Below, one piece after another: positions 22,679 to 35,000 of a stretch of 64,000 nucleotides of DNA. This stretch comes from Amphiscolops sp. MND2022. Lineage: Eukaryota. The position numbers and the translations under genes were made by a program. A model generated the notes under the pieces. The model was not told the DNA's origin and searched no databases. It was given only the letters and a program-made list of their open reading frames with translations. Positions within the stretch are counted from its first letter, which is position 1. The number at the start of each line of letters is the position of its first letter. The stretch lies in NCBI GenBank assembly GCA_964187785.1, contig OZ076418.1:29140001-29204000 (forward strand), in the 5' to 3' direction.

Positions 22679-25651
22679 TTAAGGCAAGGGTCCACTAAGC
22701 ATCCACCCCAATTTTGTCAATACGGCCCAAGGTTTTGACCTTCCACATTTTCTATACCCAATCGCTCTATGCAAGTGGTAACAATCTTGTCCCAAAATGA
22801 CTTTTACATCTTTCTGGTTGATGGTAGAATCTTTCAGCATTGACAGGTGTGGATATTCTTCCTTCAATTTCTTGAGGTTGTACGTTCGATTTCCTGCATT
22901 TACGTCGGGATGACTATAGGCCATGATATCTTCTTTGACTTTTCCTTGTTGATCTCCAATCCTGACCCGCAGTCGTTTGCTACTAATATCTGACGCACCA
23001 TGAATCCCTGCAACATTCAAATCCACTGGCTGTCCCGTCAGATTTAGTGTTTTCATCAGGCTCTCGTCCACAAAGGACAGGCTTGCTCCAGAGTCACACA
23101 AAGCGAACGTATTCACATTTTTGCTCACACTCCCTATCGATACTGGAAGGACGGGAAGCACTCCACTGCTTCTCATTGAGGACAGGTTAGAAACCTCCTC
23201 GACATTTTCATTATTTTGCTTTTGTTCAACGTCCTTGTATGATCTATGCAGCAATCTGTGATGAGGTTTTCCGCAACCATTGACGTCGCAGAGTCTACCA
23301 GAGCAATTTTTCATCTGATGTGCGTCTGACAAACATTTGAAGCACAATTTCAGCTCTTTCGCCTTTTGTCCTCTTTCTTCGACGTTCATCTTCTTGAACT
23401 TCTCACATTTCCATATTGGATGTTTGCCATCTTTCAGCGCACACTCTCGTTGATTCTTCGAGTTGTCATTTGCTGTGTTTGTTGCTGACGTTGCAAACGT
23501 AGAGCCTTTTGCCTTTTCTTTGTAGCTCGTCTTCGCGCGATCAGCATTCGGGTTTGAAGACAAAAGCAATTCGTCTTGAACATCTGCTATATCATTGAGC
23601 CATTCACTGAACACAGGGAGTCCAGGTTGATACAGGTTCATTTGCTTCACATGAGTGAGCCACTTCGTTTTCATGTCCAGTGTTAACTTCCTTGTGGCGC
23701 TGCCCAGAACTCCTTCTGAGTTTAGGTCTCCCACGTAGTTGAATTGTGTCAAACCATTCACGCAACTCGACACTATTCTCGCAAACTTGATAAATGCGGC
23801 TCCATCATAAGATTTCATCGGTGGAAAAGAATATATTCGCTTCAGCTGAGCATTCACAACCATCTGTGGTTTTCCAAAGTTTCGAACTAGCACGTTCCAC
23901 GCCACATTGTACATCTCAGCGGTGTACCCAAGGCCAGCAATCGCCTCTTTGGCTTTGCCCGTTACCATTGTTTTCAGGTGATTCATCTTCACACTGTCGT
24001 CTATGTTTGCTGCGTGGACGGTTGCTTGAAACAGTTGTGACCACTCTGGCCACTCCAATGGGTCACCTGAAAATTCTGCCAACTTCAGTTTTGGCAAGCT
24101 AGATCTGATGTAGTAGTCATCTCTTACGTTCGACCCCATGTTTGGCCCTTGACTTGGCGAATACTGCTTCTGTGTGTTCGCAAGCTGTGGTACTTGAAAT
24201 GAACCACTCGGAATGCCTCCAAACGTAGGTGGTAACCGATTCTGGTCTGCACTGAGAGTCATCGACGGCTTCGATGAGGTGATTTTCACTTCTGGTTGTG
24301 CTGTTGCTCTTTGACTGCCAACATCTATGACAGTCTTTGTTCTGTCCTTTCCAATATCTCGCACAGCGGTCTCTGTGGACATGACTGGTTTCAATGAGGA
24401 CTTCAAATCCCTCACTTGCGCGGAGCCTTGTCCTCCATGAGTTGATCGTACTGTAAACACTGGTGCTGAGATGGACGTTTGCTGGTATACAGATGGCACG
24501 TTAATCGGCGATGCTACGTTTCCAGCTTCTTCGGTCTTGTCCATCCAATCTGAGACTTTTGTCAGATTGTCGTCTGGGGTCCCGACTGGTGAGATACTTC
24601 TGAAACTAGACCCACAACTACTCGGAACTTTCGCCATCTCTATTTCCTTTTCAGCAATTCTGGCCTTGCGGGCCACCTCTTCTCGCAAGTCTGTTATCTC
24701 CTTCTCTTTTGCTTCTCGTTCCAGTTTCTCCAGGCGCATTTGCAGTTCTTCGTGCTCTTTCAGAGCTTTCAGTTCTAAATGCATAACTCGTCTTGCACTT
24801 GATGTTTTTGAAATCACTGAGGTTTTGTTGCTTTTGGCTCTTTCACTTCGCGAATGTATGCTCAATTCTTCTATTGGCAATGATCTAGCTCCATTTCTTG
24901 GATCTTGGCTGTCATCCGCGTTGTGACCATCATGTTCCTTTTGCTCATCGTCTGGTTGCGGCTCCTTTTGTGGTGAAGTACCATTTTTACTCGATTTGTC
25001 TGCGGCTACGTTTGCGCGAACGTCTGCTAGTCTTTGTTCGGCGTCTTCAAGGCTTCGCAAAATGGCTCCAGCTTCTCCTGACTTCAGGAGGGCTTCAATT
25101 TTCAGTTTGAGGTCAGACCTCTCTTGAAGCAATTCTTGACATGCCGCTGCATAATCTTCTTTGGCGTCCTCGCCGTTTTCAATTCGTTCATCGCGCAACT
25201 TTTCGTTGTGGGCGATCTTTTCATCAATAGCACGTTTCTCCTCTTCAAGATCCAAATAGTTTAGTATCTGATTTTCATCTTGCAATGCTGACATCAGTAT
25301 TATCACCCTTCCAGTGTTAGAGTCTTGTCGCTGCAACTCAACAAATCGGCTCTTCATCGCTTGGATCACTGTTGAGAACATTTCGGGTATCTGGGGTTGG
25401 TACTTGATTTTGATTGCATTTTGGATTGCCTTAAAGAGTCGTTCTCGCTTGTTTATGACATCTATTCGTCGTAACAGCAGCTCTGCTATCTGTTTGTTGT
25501 CATCATTGCTAACTAGGTTTTCATCAAATGCTCTGATCGTCTTGCCGTGCTCGCAAGCTGCATTCCAATGACTCACAATTTGGGCCTTGTCTACAGAGTT
25601 CTTCAGAAAATTTTCAACCTTGTTGATATCAAACCGTTTTTATTGAGCCAT
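22679..25651 (-). CDS. gag-pro: BEL/Pao Gag-protease (disrupted)
   Basis: 965-aa ORF with the LPKLKLAEFSGDPLEWPEW capsid region, triple Cys/His knuckle C..KDGKHPIWKC...CFKCLSDAHQMKNC...CDVNGCGKPHHRLLH, and protease ALCDSGA. The likely ATG at 25651 is followed by an in-frame TAA at codon 4; the ORF terminates at 22679. Confidence 0.88.
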
Positions 25652-25676
25652 TTCTTCTCTTCTTGATTGAACTCAG

Positions 25677-25890
25677 TTCCCAGAGTCACAATAGCCCAAA
25701 CTCCCAGAGACACAATAGCCCACTCTCCCAGCGACACAATAGCCCAATCTCCCAGAGACACAGTAGCCCAATCTCCCAGAGACACAGTAGCCCAATCTCC
25801 CAGAGACACAATAGCTCAATCTCCCAGAGACACAATAGCCCAAACTCCCAGAGACACAATAGCCCAATCTCCCAGAGACACAGTAGCAGA
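25677..25890. repeat. 24-bp tandem repeat (ctcccagagacacaatagcccaat), about 9 copies, in the BEL leader
   Basis: Directly visible; accounts for the repetitive ORFs in the track. Confidence 0.95.
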
Positions 25891-26029
25891 GACTCCAAGA
25901 TCCAGACACTTGTTCTTCTTGGACAATCTTTTGTTGTCTACCAACGAGTCGTCTTCTTCTAGTCCGGGTCGTCCACCAACGAGTTGTCCGTGTCGTCCAC
26001 CAACGAGCTGTCCGGGTTCGCGGACCAAA

Positions 26030-26479
26030 TGTAACGGCTGCTTGCCTTTATCCTGCGCTGAGGCTTGACAAACTTTACGCCGCCCTGATCCGTTGCTTAG
26101 TACTGTGGACCGTTACTAGGAGAACGTACTAGGGGTTCACAAATCGGGATTAAATTCCATGAGGGACCGCAAATCCGGTAGACTAGACAGGAGCACCGGA
26201 GATCATTTTAGTAATATGGACCGCCAGTCTGGTAGACTGGACAAAAGCTTCGGGGATCATTGCAGTCAATTGGACCACCGGTCCAGGAGACTTGACAAAA
26301 GCCCTGGAGAACGCTTTAGTCAGCTGGACCAGCAGGACCGTTGCAAATTAAATTCCAAATTCAGCATTCATGGAGGCTTAAACAGTGAGATCTCAGTGGA
26401 CTCCCGGGCCGATAAACAAGATTGCGACATTGAGCTAACACTGTATAACATGGACAAATCCGATCTTTTGAGTGGTCTG
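26030..26479 (-). repeat. Partial BEL LTR (26030-26118) plus duplicate of flank 20045-20403 (26121-26479)
   Basis: 89 bp match the LTR end; 359 bp match 20045-20403 with one substitution seen. Confidence 0.92.
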
Positions 26480-27429
26480 TGTAACGGCTGCTTGCCTTTA
26501 TCCTGCGCTGAGGCTTGACAAACTTTACACCGCCCTGATCCGTTGCTTAGTACTGTGGACCGTTACTAAACAAATCCTGGTTTTCTTGTTTTAAAGGACT
26601 GTATCTTTAGCTGGTGGGTCCGATGTGACCCGTGGAATCTCCTGCGATACCTCTTTGCACTGATTTGGATCCGATGTGATCCTGCACACACTTCCCTCAC
26701 TGTATCGTCACCCGCTCCGGCTCTCCAACTATGAGAGTAGCTACTTAGTCGCTCTGACTCTAGCGAAAAGTTGTGAAGATTGAGAAGTTGATTAATTAGT
26801 CTTGCGGTCCTAAGACCCAACTTGACTATAGCTATACAGTGGAGAAAATCTCTATCTAATAATGGTGTACATATGGTTTACAATTCCACAGTAAATATAA
26901 GCAAATATCAGTTGAAATATGTTGTATAAATAAATGACATTTAAACCATAATATGAAGTTATTGGCTAAGTAAACAAAGAATGTGGTGGTTTTGGCATGC
27001 TGGTCAGGTGGGTTAGAAAGTATGTTTACACAATGTAAATATCATAATTTCAACAGAGTTACATTTCCTTCAAGGTCATATGAGAAAATCACATAATAAT
27101 TAATACATCAAATTTGGGTATTTCATGGGGTCCGACCTAGGTCACTTTGGGTGTTAATTGCTCAGAACCCAGGGGAGATACGGGGTCGGGTGTTTCTAGT
27201 GAAAAGTTAGCGTAGCACCACTACTATACGTGTGCCAAGTTTCAAGGTGATTGAATGAGTGGTTTACCGGGACGGGGGGGTGGTGTTTTTTGGTGACGCC
27301 ATCTTTCTGGTGAAACTTGTAAATTTTCCAACTTGAATCTTGATGAATTTTCTAAAAGTTTTGAGTTGTAAGTTTCATCAGTCACGTTCGAATTTGAGTT
27401 TCTGATCTCGCAATTGACTGGCGCCAACA
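26480..27429 (-). repeat. BEL outer (5-prime) LTR
   Basis: 950-bp copy of 20404-21353, followed by TSD GTCTG. Confidence 0.92.
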
Positions 27430-28771
27430 GTCTGAAAAGATAGAAGTTCGTCGCCTAATAGTCAGAACACAAACGTTTTCAAACAATAAGAGCCCCTTGA
27501 AATAGCTCGATATAAATTCCTCAATGCAGGGGCGTATGAGAGTTGAAAAGTGAGTTCCGACGAGAAAAGTAGAATGTAACAAAACGTAGAAAAATTCGAT
27601 GTTGTTGAAATAATTGAGGGCCTAAATCAAACCGGTGATCAGCGGGCTTCTTTTTACACTAAATTTAATAAATGGAAGTTCCTTTCAGTTTTCCTCCGAA
27701 CAACCACATGGAGGGTTTGCAATGTTTTCCTAAGCGAAATAACCATCTATCATAGGTAGAGTTGTGAAAAATTTTCCAGCGCTTAACGCAAATTGGATTA
27801 CCTTGCTCTTTCATAGCATGCATGAAAGATAAAGGTCAATTTGATGATTTGATGCAGTCATGTGAAACATTTTTATTTCACAAATGGAAATGCGTAGAAC
27901 GATGTAATGTAGGGCAAGAAAGACGTGTTAGTTGTTAAAATTCACTTTCGTTCGACTATTTGAAATAAAAAACTATTTGAGTTTGGGAAATTTTATAACC
28001 AACTTCGCTTTCAACGAATTAATCGAATATTTTGAAACAAGGAGCAAATCAAAGTGAAAAACAGCTGTTTTATTGACCTAATCAAAACCACCAGATACAT
28101 GTTCTTTTTGGGTGTTAGCTCTTGAACAGCCTAACACAACTGATCAACAGATGCAAGTTTCAGAAACGAAGTCTAGTGGAGTTGTCTTGGTAAATCAATC
28201 AACCATCAGACGAATGACAAATAAATTTAATTGTGTTTAAACACATATCAAGAGTTTCTGCAAAACAATGAGACCGCTGATTTTTTGTTCCAAACAAATG
28301 GACATTATTTGTAGTTTCTGACTTCATTATCATAATTTGTTTTTGTAATCTATTGACATGATGTACATGGAACTGAACTGATTGCAGAAAAAAATTGCAC
28401 AAAGGTTCCATTAAAATGGATCTGGATATTTTTGCAATAGAAACTTTTTGTGAGTTGACTCACAAAAAGGTTATATTGCAAAAATATCCATATCCATTTT
28501 AATGGAAACTTTAAACCATTTTAAAGAAGTCAGAAACTTGCTTTTTTTAAGCTTCAAACAATAAGATTATTCGAAACGGTCCAAATTTGAGTTTTCCTAG
28601 GGAACGTTTCGAATAATCCTATTGTTTGAAGCTCAAAATAACAGCAAGTATATATTACGAATGCATCTAGATATTGAGCATTCGTTTTCTCTCCAAGCAA
28701 AACAAATTGTATCTTTTCAACAAGACGCCCGCTAAAAACCGGGATATTTTCCGCCTTTTCAAAAAAGTCAA

Positions 28772-28843
28772 GCGAAGGCGAGATTCGAACCCACAATCTA
28801 CTGCCTGATAGGCGGTGCACTACCAACTGAGCACTACCATTGC
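28772..28843 (-). other. Second tRNA-like repeat
   Basis: A-box-like TAGTGCTCAGTTGGTAG, B-box GGTTCGAATCTC, anticodon-like loop CTATCAG with a mismatched stem; shares its adjacent sequence with the copy at 1927-1999. Confidence 0.6.
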
Positions 28844-29208
28844 AAATATTTGAAACGGATGGAGATCGTGGAGATTTGGAAGAATTTGGGAAAAATGCAA
28901 CATAGATGATAAAATTTTCCTCTCCTACAGAAGAAACTGTGGGGCTGAAAAAAATTGCGATTGAGCCTTGCTTTTGAGCATGCCCTGTTGAAATTGTTTG
29001 ATTTTTTTTCATGTTTTTCTAAGTTTCCAAGCACATTCATAATAACTTTATGAAACTCTGACAAAAGTTTCCATGTAAAAAGAAGTAACTGTTCTATTTG
29101 GTTTTTAACAAGCAGCCAGAAAGATGCATTTAAATATTGAGAGGCATACGAAGCTATGAAATTTTGCACGATTTATAATGCCGAACTGCTGTTTTTGAAA
29201 TCGGCTCG

Positions 29209-30959
29209 TGTCGCCGGGCTTCCCCTGCGAGATGTCCGGAGTGCAGCATCGATGATCAGTTCAACTTGCTCCTTCCTACCGCCTGAGACCCGAAGATCCG
29301 AATCAAAGCGTCATCAGTGGTACAGACTTCAAAAACATTTAAAGTTACCATAAACTGAGATAATCGTTTTAAATGTTTGTTCTTGTTGCTAATTTCTTAG
29401 CATTCGTTTGTGTTATAGTGTTCGTTAATGTTAAATTGGATGCCCTGTTGCCTTCATTGATTTAATTGTAACAACGGTCTGACCGCTGGCAAATCGAAAG
29501 AAAAAGAAAAACTTTGACCAAATAAATTAGTCTCTAGTGATAATGTTACTAGCTGACCCAAGCCAAGCCTTTATTTTTACTCCCACTTTACCTTATAAGA
29601 GTGTACTGTAGTTTGATATAGCTTTCAAAATAATAGAGCATTTGTAGCAAGACTATGTAGGAAGCTTTCATAATTTGCATGATGAATTATCCATGAAACA
29701 GCATACTGTGCTCATACTTCTTTTCATTGAGAGTTTATACTGCTTTGTGCAGTTCTTACTAAGCCACATATGCGGCTTTAGCTAAAAAACAGTATGATGA
29801 CTACATACGTGCGGATAGTTATGCTACTTACCGCATTATGCGGAAGTATTGTAAAAACATCATGATGATTACATCCGTGTGCACGTTTATACTCCTCACC
29901 GCATTATGCGGAAATATCTCAAAACAGCATGAAGTTTAATTCATAATTGACATAATGAACAGCACCGAACTGCATTATGCGGTTCCCATAAAACAGTATA
30001 TATGCGGATATGCTGACAGAACGTCATAATCCGCATATTGCTTCTACAGTAATTTACTGATGTAGCAGTTCTATATTTAGACCTTCTAGGGATATGACGT
30101 TATGAAGTATTTTTAATCCCTGACCCTAGAAACATGACGTTATGATGATTTGTATAAAATTGATTGTCATGCTACTAAAAATACCAACCAAAAGAATCAT
30201 TCGAAGCGAGTCCCTAAGAAATCATTTTCCCCACATTCATTCGAAAAATCTCACACAGAACACAGTCACTTAATTTCACAATCTACCCACAGTTCTCAAA
30301 CTTGGCAGTTTTCTTCCTTTGTAAAGATAACTTCCACGATTTCATTTCACCACAAAATCTTCGTAATTCAAAGATTTCTACACTCAACACTGTTTTCATC
30401 ATGGGAAATAAAAGAAATAGACGTTCAAGAAGGATAGAATCTCAGTCATTGGACAGAGAAGAGAATACTTCAGAAACAAGCTTCACTCAAGGTAATGCGA
30501 CTTTAGTTGATGTTTCTGAAAATGTTAATAACATTTTTGACAGGAACTTAGGTAGCGAACTGACAGAACCTTCGCAAATCAGCAATGAAATAGAAGTAAT
30601 ATCCCAGAGATTATTTGAACAGAACAGTAACAAGATGACACAAATCGAACAGCAACTGAATAGTAAATTCGAAGAGATACTTAGAGAAATTAGAACAAAT
30701 AGAGAAAGCAATTTGGCAAATGATGAAGAGGATGCCGAGAACAACAGGCCAGGTCCATCTAACTCGAAAAACAGAAGTCTCAGTAACAATCACGCATCAA
30801 ATACAACATTAGACAAAGACAAAAATCAGGATGATCGGTTTCATCCATCTGAAATGGGTGAATTAAGACAACCATACACGCCAGTCGGAACTGCTAATGA
30901 AACACTAGACGAAACCATCATTATAAACGAAAACAGACAGGAGAATGCCGATCATCACA
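29209..30959 (+). repeat. Gypsy 5-prime LTR (1751 bp)
   Basis: About 13 substitutions and one 8-bp indel versus the 3-prime LTR, counted by eye. Confidence 0.95.
29695..30045. promoter_or_regulatory. Cluster of CCGCAT/ATGCGG/CAGCAT motifs in the LTR, including two CCGCATTATGCGG palindromes
   Basis: Palindromes at ~29831 and ~29900, more half-sites nearby, upstream of a TATA-like gtataaaat at ~30151. The regulatory role is inferred. Confidence 0.5.
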
Positions 30960-32068
30960 TGGTGACAGGACCTACCAAGAACATCCTGAGACAAAGCTCT
31001 ACTAACTCTAACACAACAAATACAATTGGACCACACGTAACAACTCTTCTCGAACACCCTGAAACATCAGACCCTGTCAGCCAAATTGCATTAGCAATTG
31101 AAAAACTGGCACGAAAAAACCCAGAACCCTCACTCTATCACCCGAAAAACACACTCACCTTTAACGGTAAATTAGAGAAAAATGAAAAGTTCGAGTACTT
31201 TGAAGACCTTTTTCACACCACACTCAGGATGCAACCTCATCTCACTGAAGAGATGAAAATAAACCATTTTCACGCCCATCTCAGAGGACTGGCGTTAAAA
31301 ACCTTCAAAAACATACAACGCACACCTACCACAACACTTGAAGACAACTTGGTAGTATTCCGCAGAAAGTATGTCAAGCCTGAATCTAGTGGTTCAGCCA
31401 AACATAGATTCAACAGGCTTATGTTCCAACCCGAAAACCAGAAGCTGCCCGACTTTCTCGAAGATCTACAAGAGAGTGCTGAAAAAGCCTTTGGGGAAGC
31501 AGCGCCACAGATGATCGAAAGTCTCATATACGCAAAAATGCCTCCCCATCTAAAGAAATCAATCAACCAAGCGTACCTTGAGAATGGTACCTACGACCAA
31601 ATTGTACGACACTTAGAACGCGAAATGGAACTCAATGGACTCGAAGCAGATGAGCCATTAGTCAAAACACAAATGACAGCTGTAAAACAGCAAACCAACA
31701 CACAAAACACTAAAAGTTCGACACAAAACACAAAATCTAAAACCAAAACTCCCAACACAGTACCCAACAACACTCTACAAAACAACCAATGTCGTTATTG
31801 CAAAGAAGAAGGTCACATGGCGAAGGAATGCCCAAAACTTGCAAAACGGCAAAAACTCGATAATGATCCAGATGCACCACGATGCTCCCATTGTAACACT
31901 ACAGGACATGAAGAACCCAACTGTTACTTTGGAGCTAACATGGAAAATCGTCCACCCAAATGGACACTGACAAAAAATCAACAAAAACTCATTGACGAGT
32001 ATAAAAAATCAAACAAGCCCATCAACCCACGAAGCACGAAACCTTCAACATCGAAGGCCTTAAACTAA
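30401..32068 (+). CDS. gag: Gypsy Gag (two CCHC knuckles)
   Basis: ATG at 30401; FNGKLEKNEKFEYFEDLF capsid region; CRYCKEEGHMAKEC and CSHCNTTGHEEPNC; ORF intact. Confidence 0.9.
   Translation: MGNKRNRRSRRIESQSLDREENTSETSFTQGNATLVDVSENVNNIFDRNLGSELTEPSQISNEIEVISQRLFEQNSNKMTQIEQQLNSKFEEILREIRTNRESNLANDEEDAENNRPGPSNSKNRSLSNNHASNTTLDKDKNQDDRFHPSEMGELRQPYTPVGTANETLDETIIINENRQENADHHMVTGPTKNILRQSSTNSNTTNTIGPHVTTLLEHPETSDPVSQIALAIEKLARKNPEPSLYHPKNTLTFNGKLEKNEKFEYFEDLFHTTLRMQPHLTEEMKINHFHAHLRGLALKTFKNIQRTPTTTLEDNLVVFRRKYVKPESSGSAKHRFNRLMFQPENQKLPDFLEDLQESAEKAFGEAAPQMIESLIYAKMPPHLKKSINQAYLENGTYDQIVRHLEREMELNGLEADEPLVKTQMTAVKQQTNTQNTKSSTQNTKSKTKTPNTVPNNTLQNNQCRYCKEEGHMAKECPKLAKRQKLDNDPDAPRCSHCNTTGHEEPNCYFGANMENRPPKWTLTKNQQKLIDEYKKSNKPINPRSTKPSTSKALN
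30960..30972 (+). other. Primer-binding site of the Gypsy element
   Basis: TGGTGACAGGACC directly abuts the LTR-terminal CA. Priming tRNA not determined. Confidence 0.8.
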
Positions 32069-35000
32069 TACAGCCACGCCTTCAAGCAGAAACACCACAA
32101 AAACAACACTCTACTGATGACTGGCAGCATCAGTTGAGTCTCAAACCAACAAAAATCACAGTCTTTGATCATAAAACCAACAAAACCGACTCTCACACTA
32201 CAGACACATCAACTACAACTCCAGATACCCAAACAGAGGATTTATATGACCTACTCAAGGATGCTCCTGATAACTACATTCTACGACAGATCTTTGAACC
32301 TGCAACCGAAACAGAAACACAAAATCAACACCCTAACACCTCACAACCTCAAGAAACACAAACTGATCACCTAAACACAATCCACATCGACAACTCAAAC
32401 CGACGAAGACGTCACCTCAGAATTAACCAAAACTCTCTTTTGTGCATCACCTGGAAAACAACCCCTCCTTGATAATGATGTTTTCAATCATCTAACTACA
32501 GATGAAGGCAATAACATCATGTATTTGAACCTTTCTACAAACCTTACACTGAAAAAGAAACGCCATATGTACTATTTCCCAATGGATTTCGAAAAACTAA
32601 CTCTGGATGGACTCATAGATACAGGCGCCTTAACAAGCGCGATTTCAGAAGCTGATCTTAATAAAATCAAACTCTTATCAAACGAAGCAATCAAAGACAC
32701 TGGCCCAGCACCTAACTTCCAAATTATGGTGGCGAACGGTCAGCTTGAACGCCCCATTGGAACCGTCCTCCTCGAATTCGAGGTAGCAGATTTCCACTTT
32801 CAAGAGAATTGCATAGTAATGAAGACACTACCAAACCCACTTATTGGCCTGTGCTTCTTACAAAGACACAACGCTCTTTTCGATATTCGACAAGGAATCA
32901 TTACATTCCCATACTTGTCAATGCAATTGCGTCCCGAACACACAACAAACACCCGAACAGCAACACCCTTGCTGACTGAAACCACTTATACCCTACAACC
33001 TGGATTAACTCTTGCAATCTCCAGCAAAATGCCACACTTGATAGACCACAATGCAACAGGAATTGTTACTCCGTCATCACACATGGAGGAACATGAGAGC
33101 ATTTTCATTACCTCATCATTAAGCACAGTCAACAACAACGCAGTGGGTTACCAAGTGATCAATTTCTCGGATATGCCTTACACCCTTCCAGTGGACACAC
33201 ACATGGCAGATTTCCGAGTTCTCACACCAGAACAAATCAAACACATCAAACCAGTTGATCCATCAACCCTCACCTTCATGATGCATCAACATATAGAGAA
33301 CACCGACCTTTACCTCAACCAACTGATGAAAACAAACCATTCATCTGATGAACAAGAAACGTATTGGTTCCCGACACCTGAACAACCTGGGGATCCAGAA
33401 ACATACACACCCATACAAAAACGAATTTACGACGAACTACTGGAGCTCAAACAACTTGAACAATTGAACCCAAACGACCACGCAGAATCTAGAAAGCAAT
33501 TCCTTGACCATTTCGACTGGACCGATACTACCCTAAGCCCATTCGAAAAACAGCACATTGAAGACATTCTGGTGCAATACCATGATATCTTTGCCAGACA
33601 TCGGTTTGATATTGGCACCAATAGAGAATTTAAGGTTAAATTGACTCCTAATGATGATAGGCCTGCCTACAGTCAAAGTCTCCCTAGGCCAATCAACCTC
33701 AAAGACGACATAACTGTTGAACTAGCCCTTCTCCATCGTTATGGTATCATCACAACTTTACCATTCTCTAAGTACGCAAGCCCCATTTTTGCCCAGAGAA
33801 AACCAAATGGACGCCTTCGTCTCTTGGTAGATCTGCGCAAAATCAACAACCTCATCACCCAAGATCACGTAAACAACAACCATCCAGTTAGCACATTGTC
33901 AGATGCTGCACAGCACATGGCCGGAAAGAAGCTTTTCTGCAAACTCGACTGCTCACAAGCATACCATTGTTTGCCGATGGCTGACTATCAGTCAATACAA
34001 ATGCTAGCTTTCAACTTCGCAAGCCGAACCTTTGCATACAGACGTCTTGCTCAAGGTCTTAGTCGTTCATTATCCGCCTTCTCTTCCTTAATGAGAGAAT
34101 ATCTAGACAAGGCCATTAAGGCTGACCAGTGTGCACAATACGTTGATGACATTGGCATAGCTGCGAACGATTCAACACAACTCTGCATCAACATCAAAAC
34201 AGTCTTTGAATGCATCAGAAATGCAGAACTTAAGTTTACAATGGCAATGGCTAAATGCCATTTTGGTGTCAAACAGGTCGACTTTTTGGGACGAACAATA
34301 ACCCCACAAGGAGTCTCACCACAAACCGAGAAAGTCAAACTATTTCTTCAAAAACTCAAATTCCCGAAATCCAAAAAAGCCCTTCAAAGGTATATTGGGT
34401 TTCTTAACTACTACAGAAACTACATCCCTCGTTTATCAGAAAAGCTGTCGCCTTTCTTCAAACTACTCAAAGAAATATCACAATTTTGCATACCAAACAC
34501 CGTTTTGGACACATTTAAAGAACTAAACCAACAACTGGAGAAATCATGCAACCTTGCTCTCAAACAACCACTACAGAACAAACAACTCTTTCTTATGACA
34601 GACGCAAGTTTCACAGCAGCCGGTTATGCCATCATGATTGAAGATGACCCTAACCAGAAACTCCAATCCAGAAGAAAAACATATGCCCCAATTGCGTTTG
34701 GGTCAAAAACGTTCAACCCAACACAACTCAAAATGTCAATTTACGCGAAAGAATTCTCAGCAATTTATTTCGCGTTTTCCGAATTTGGACACCTAATGTG
34801 GGGAAGCATCTTTCCTGTTATAGTCTTCACAGACAACCGTTCAGTAACACGCTTCTTCCAAACAAAAATAATACCACCACCCCTCTGGGACGCCTGTGAC
34901 TATGTACTGCAATATAACTTCGTCATAGCACACGTTGCAGGAGCTATGAACACAGCTGCCGATTTCCTTTCAAGAGCGGAAGTAAACCTGACTGAAAAAC

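Larger units (their letters stand above)
20404..27429 (-). mobile_element. BEL/Pao LTR retrotransposon, non-autonomous and rearranged
   Basis: 950-bp TG...CA LTRs at 20404-21353 and 26480-27429; 5-bp TSD GTCTG (20399-20403, 27430-27434); PBS TGGTCCGCGAACC next to a partial LTR at 26030; GGGCCGGCAA tract before the 3-prime LTR; gag-pro ORF and integrase C-terminus present; no recognisable RT or RNase H motifs. Confidence 0.92.

Noticed and set aside
25603-26068. Several overlapping ORFs and a repeat array resembling CRISPR
   Set aside because: All derive from a 24-bp tandem repeat with no unique spacers and no cas genes; eukaryotic retroelement leader.
30095-30300. Short ~200-bp LTR with tandem-element interpretation of the 1.75-kb repeats
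   Set aside because: The full repeats have TG...CA ends, a perfect 5-bp TSD and an abutting PBS, so they are the LTRs.
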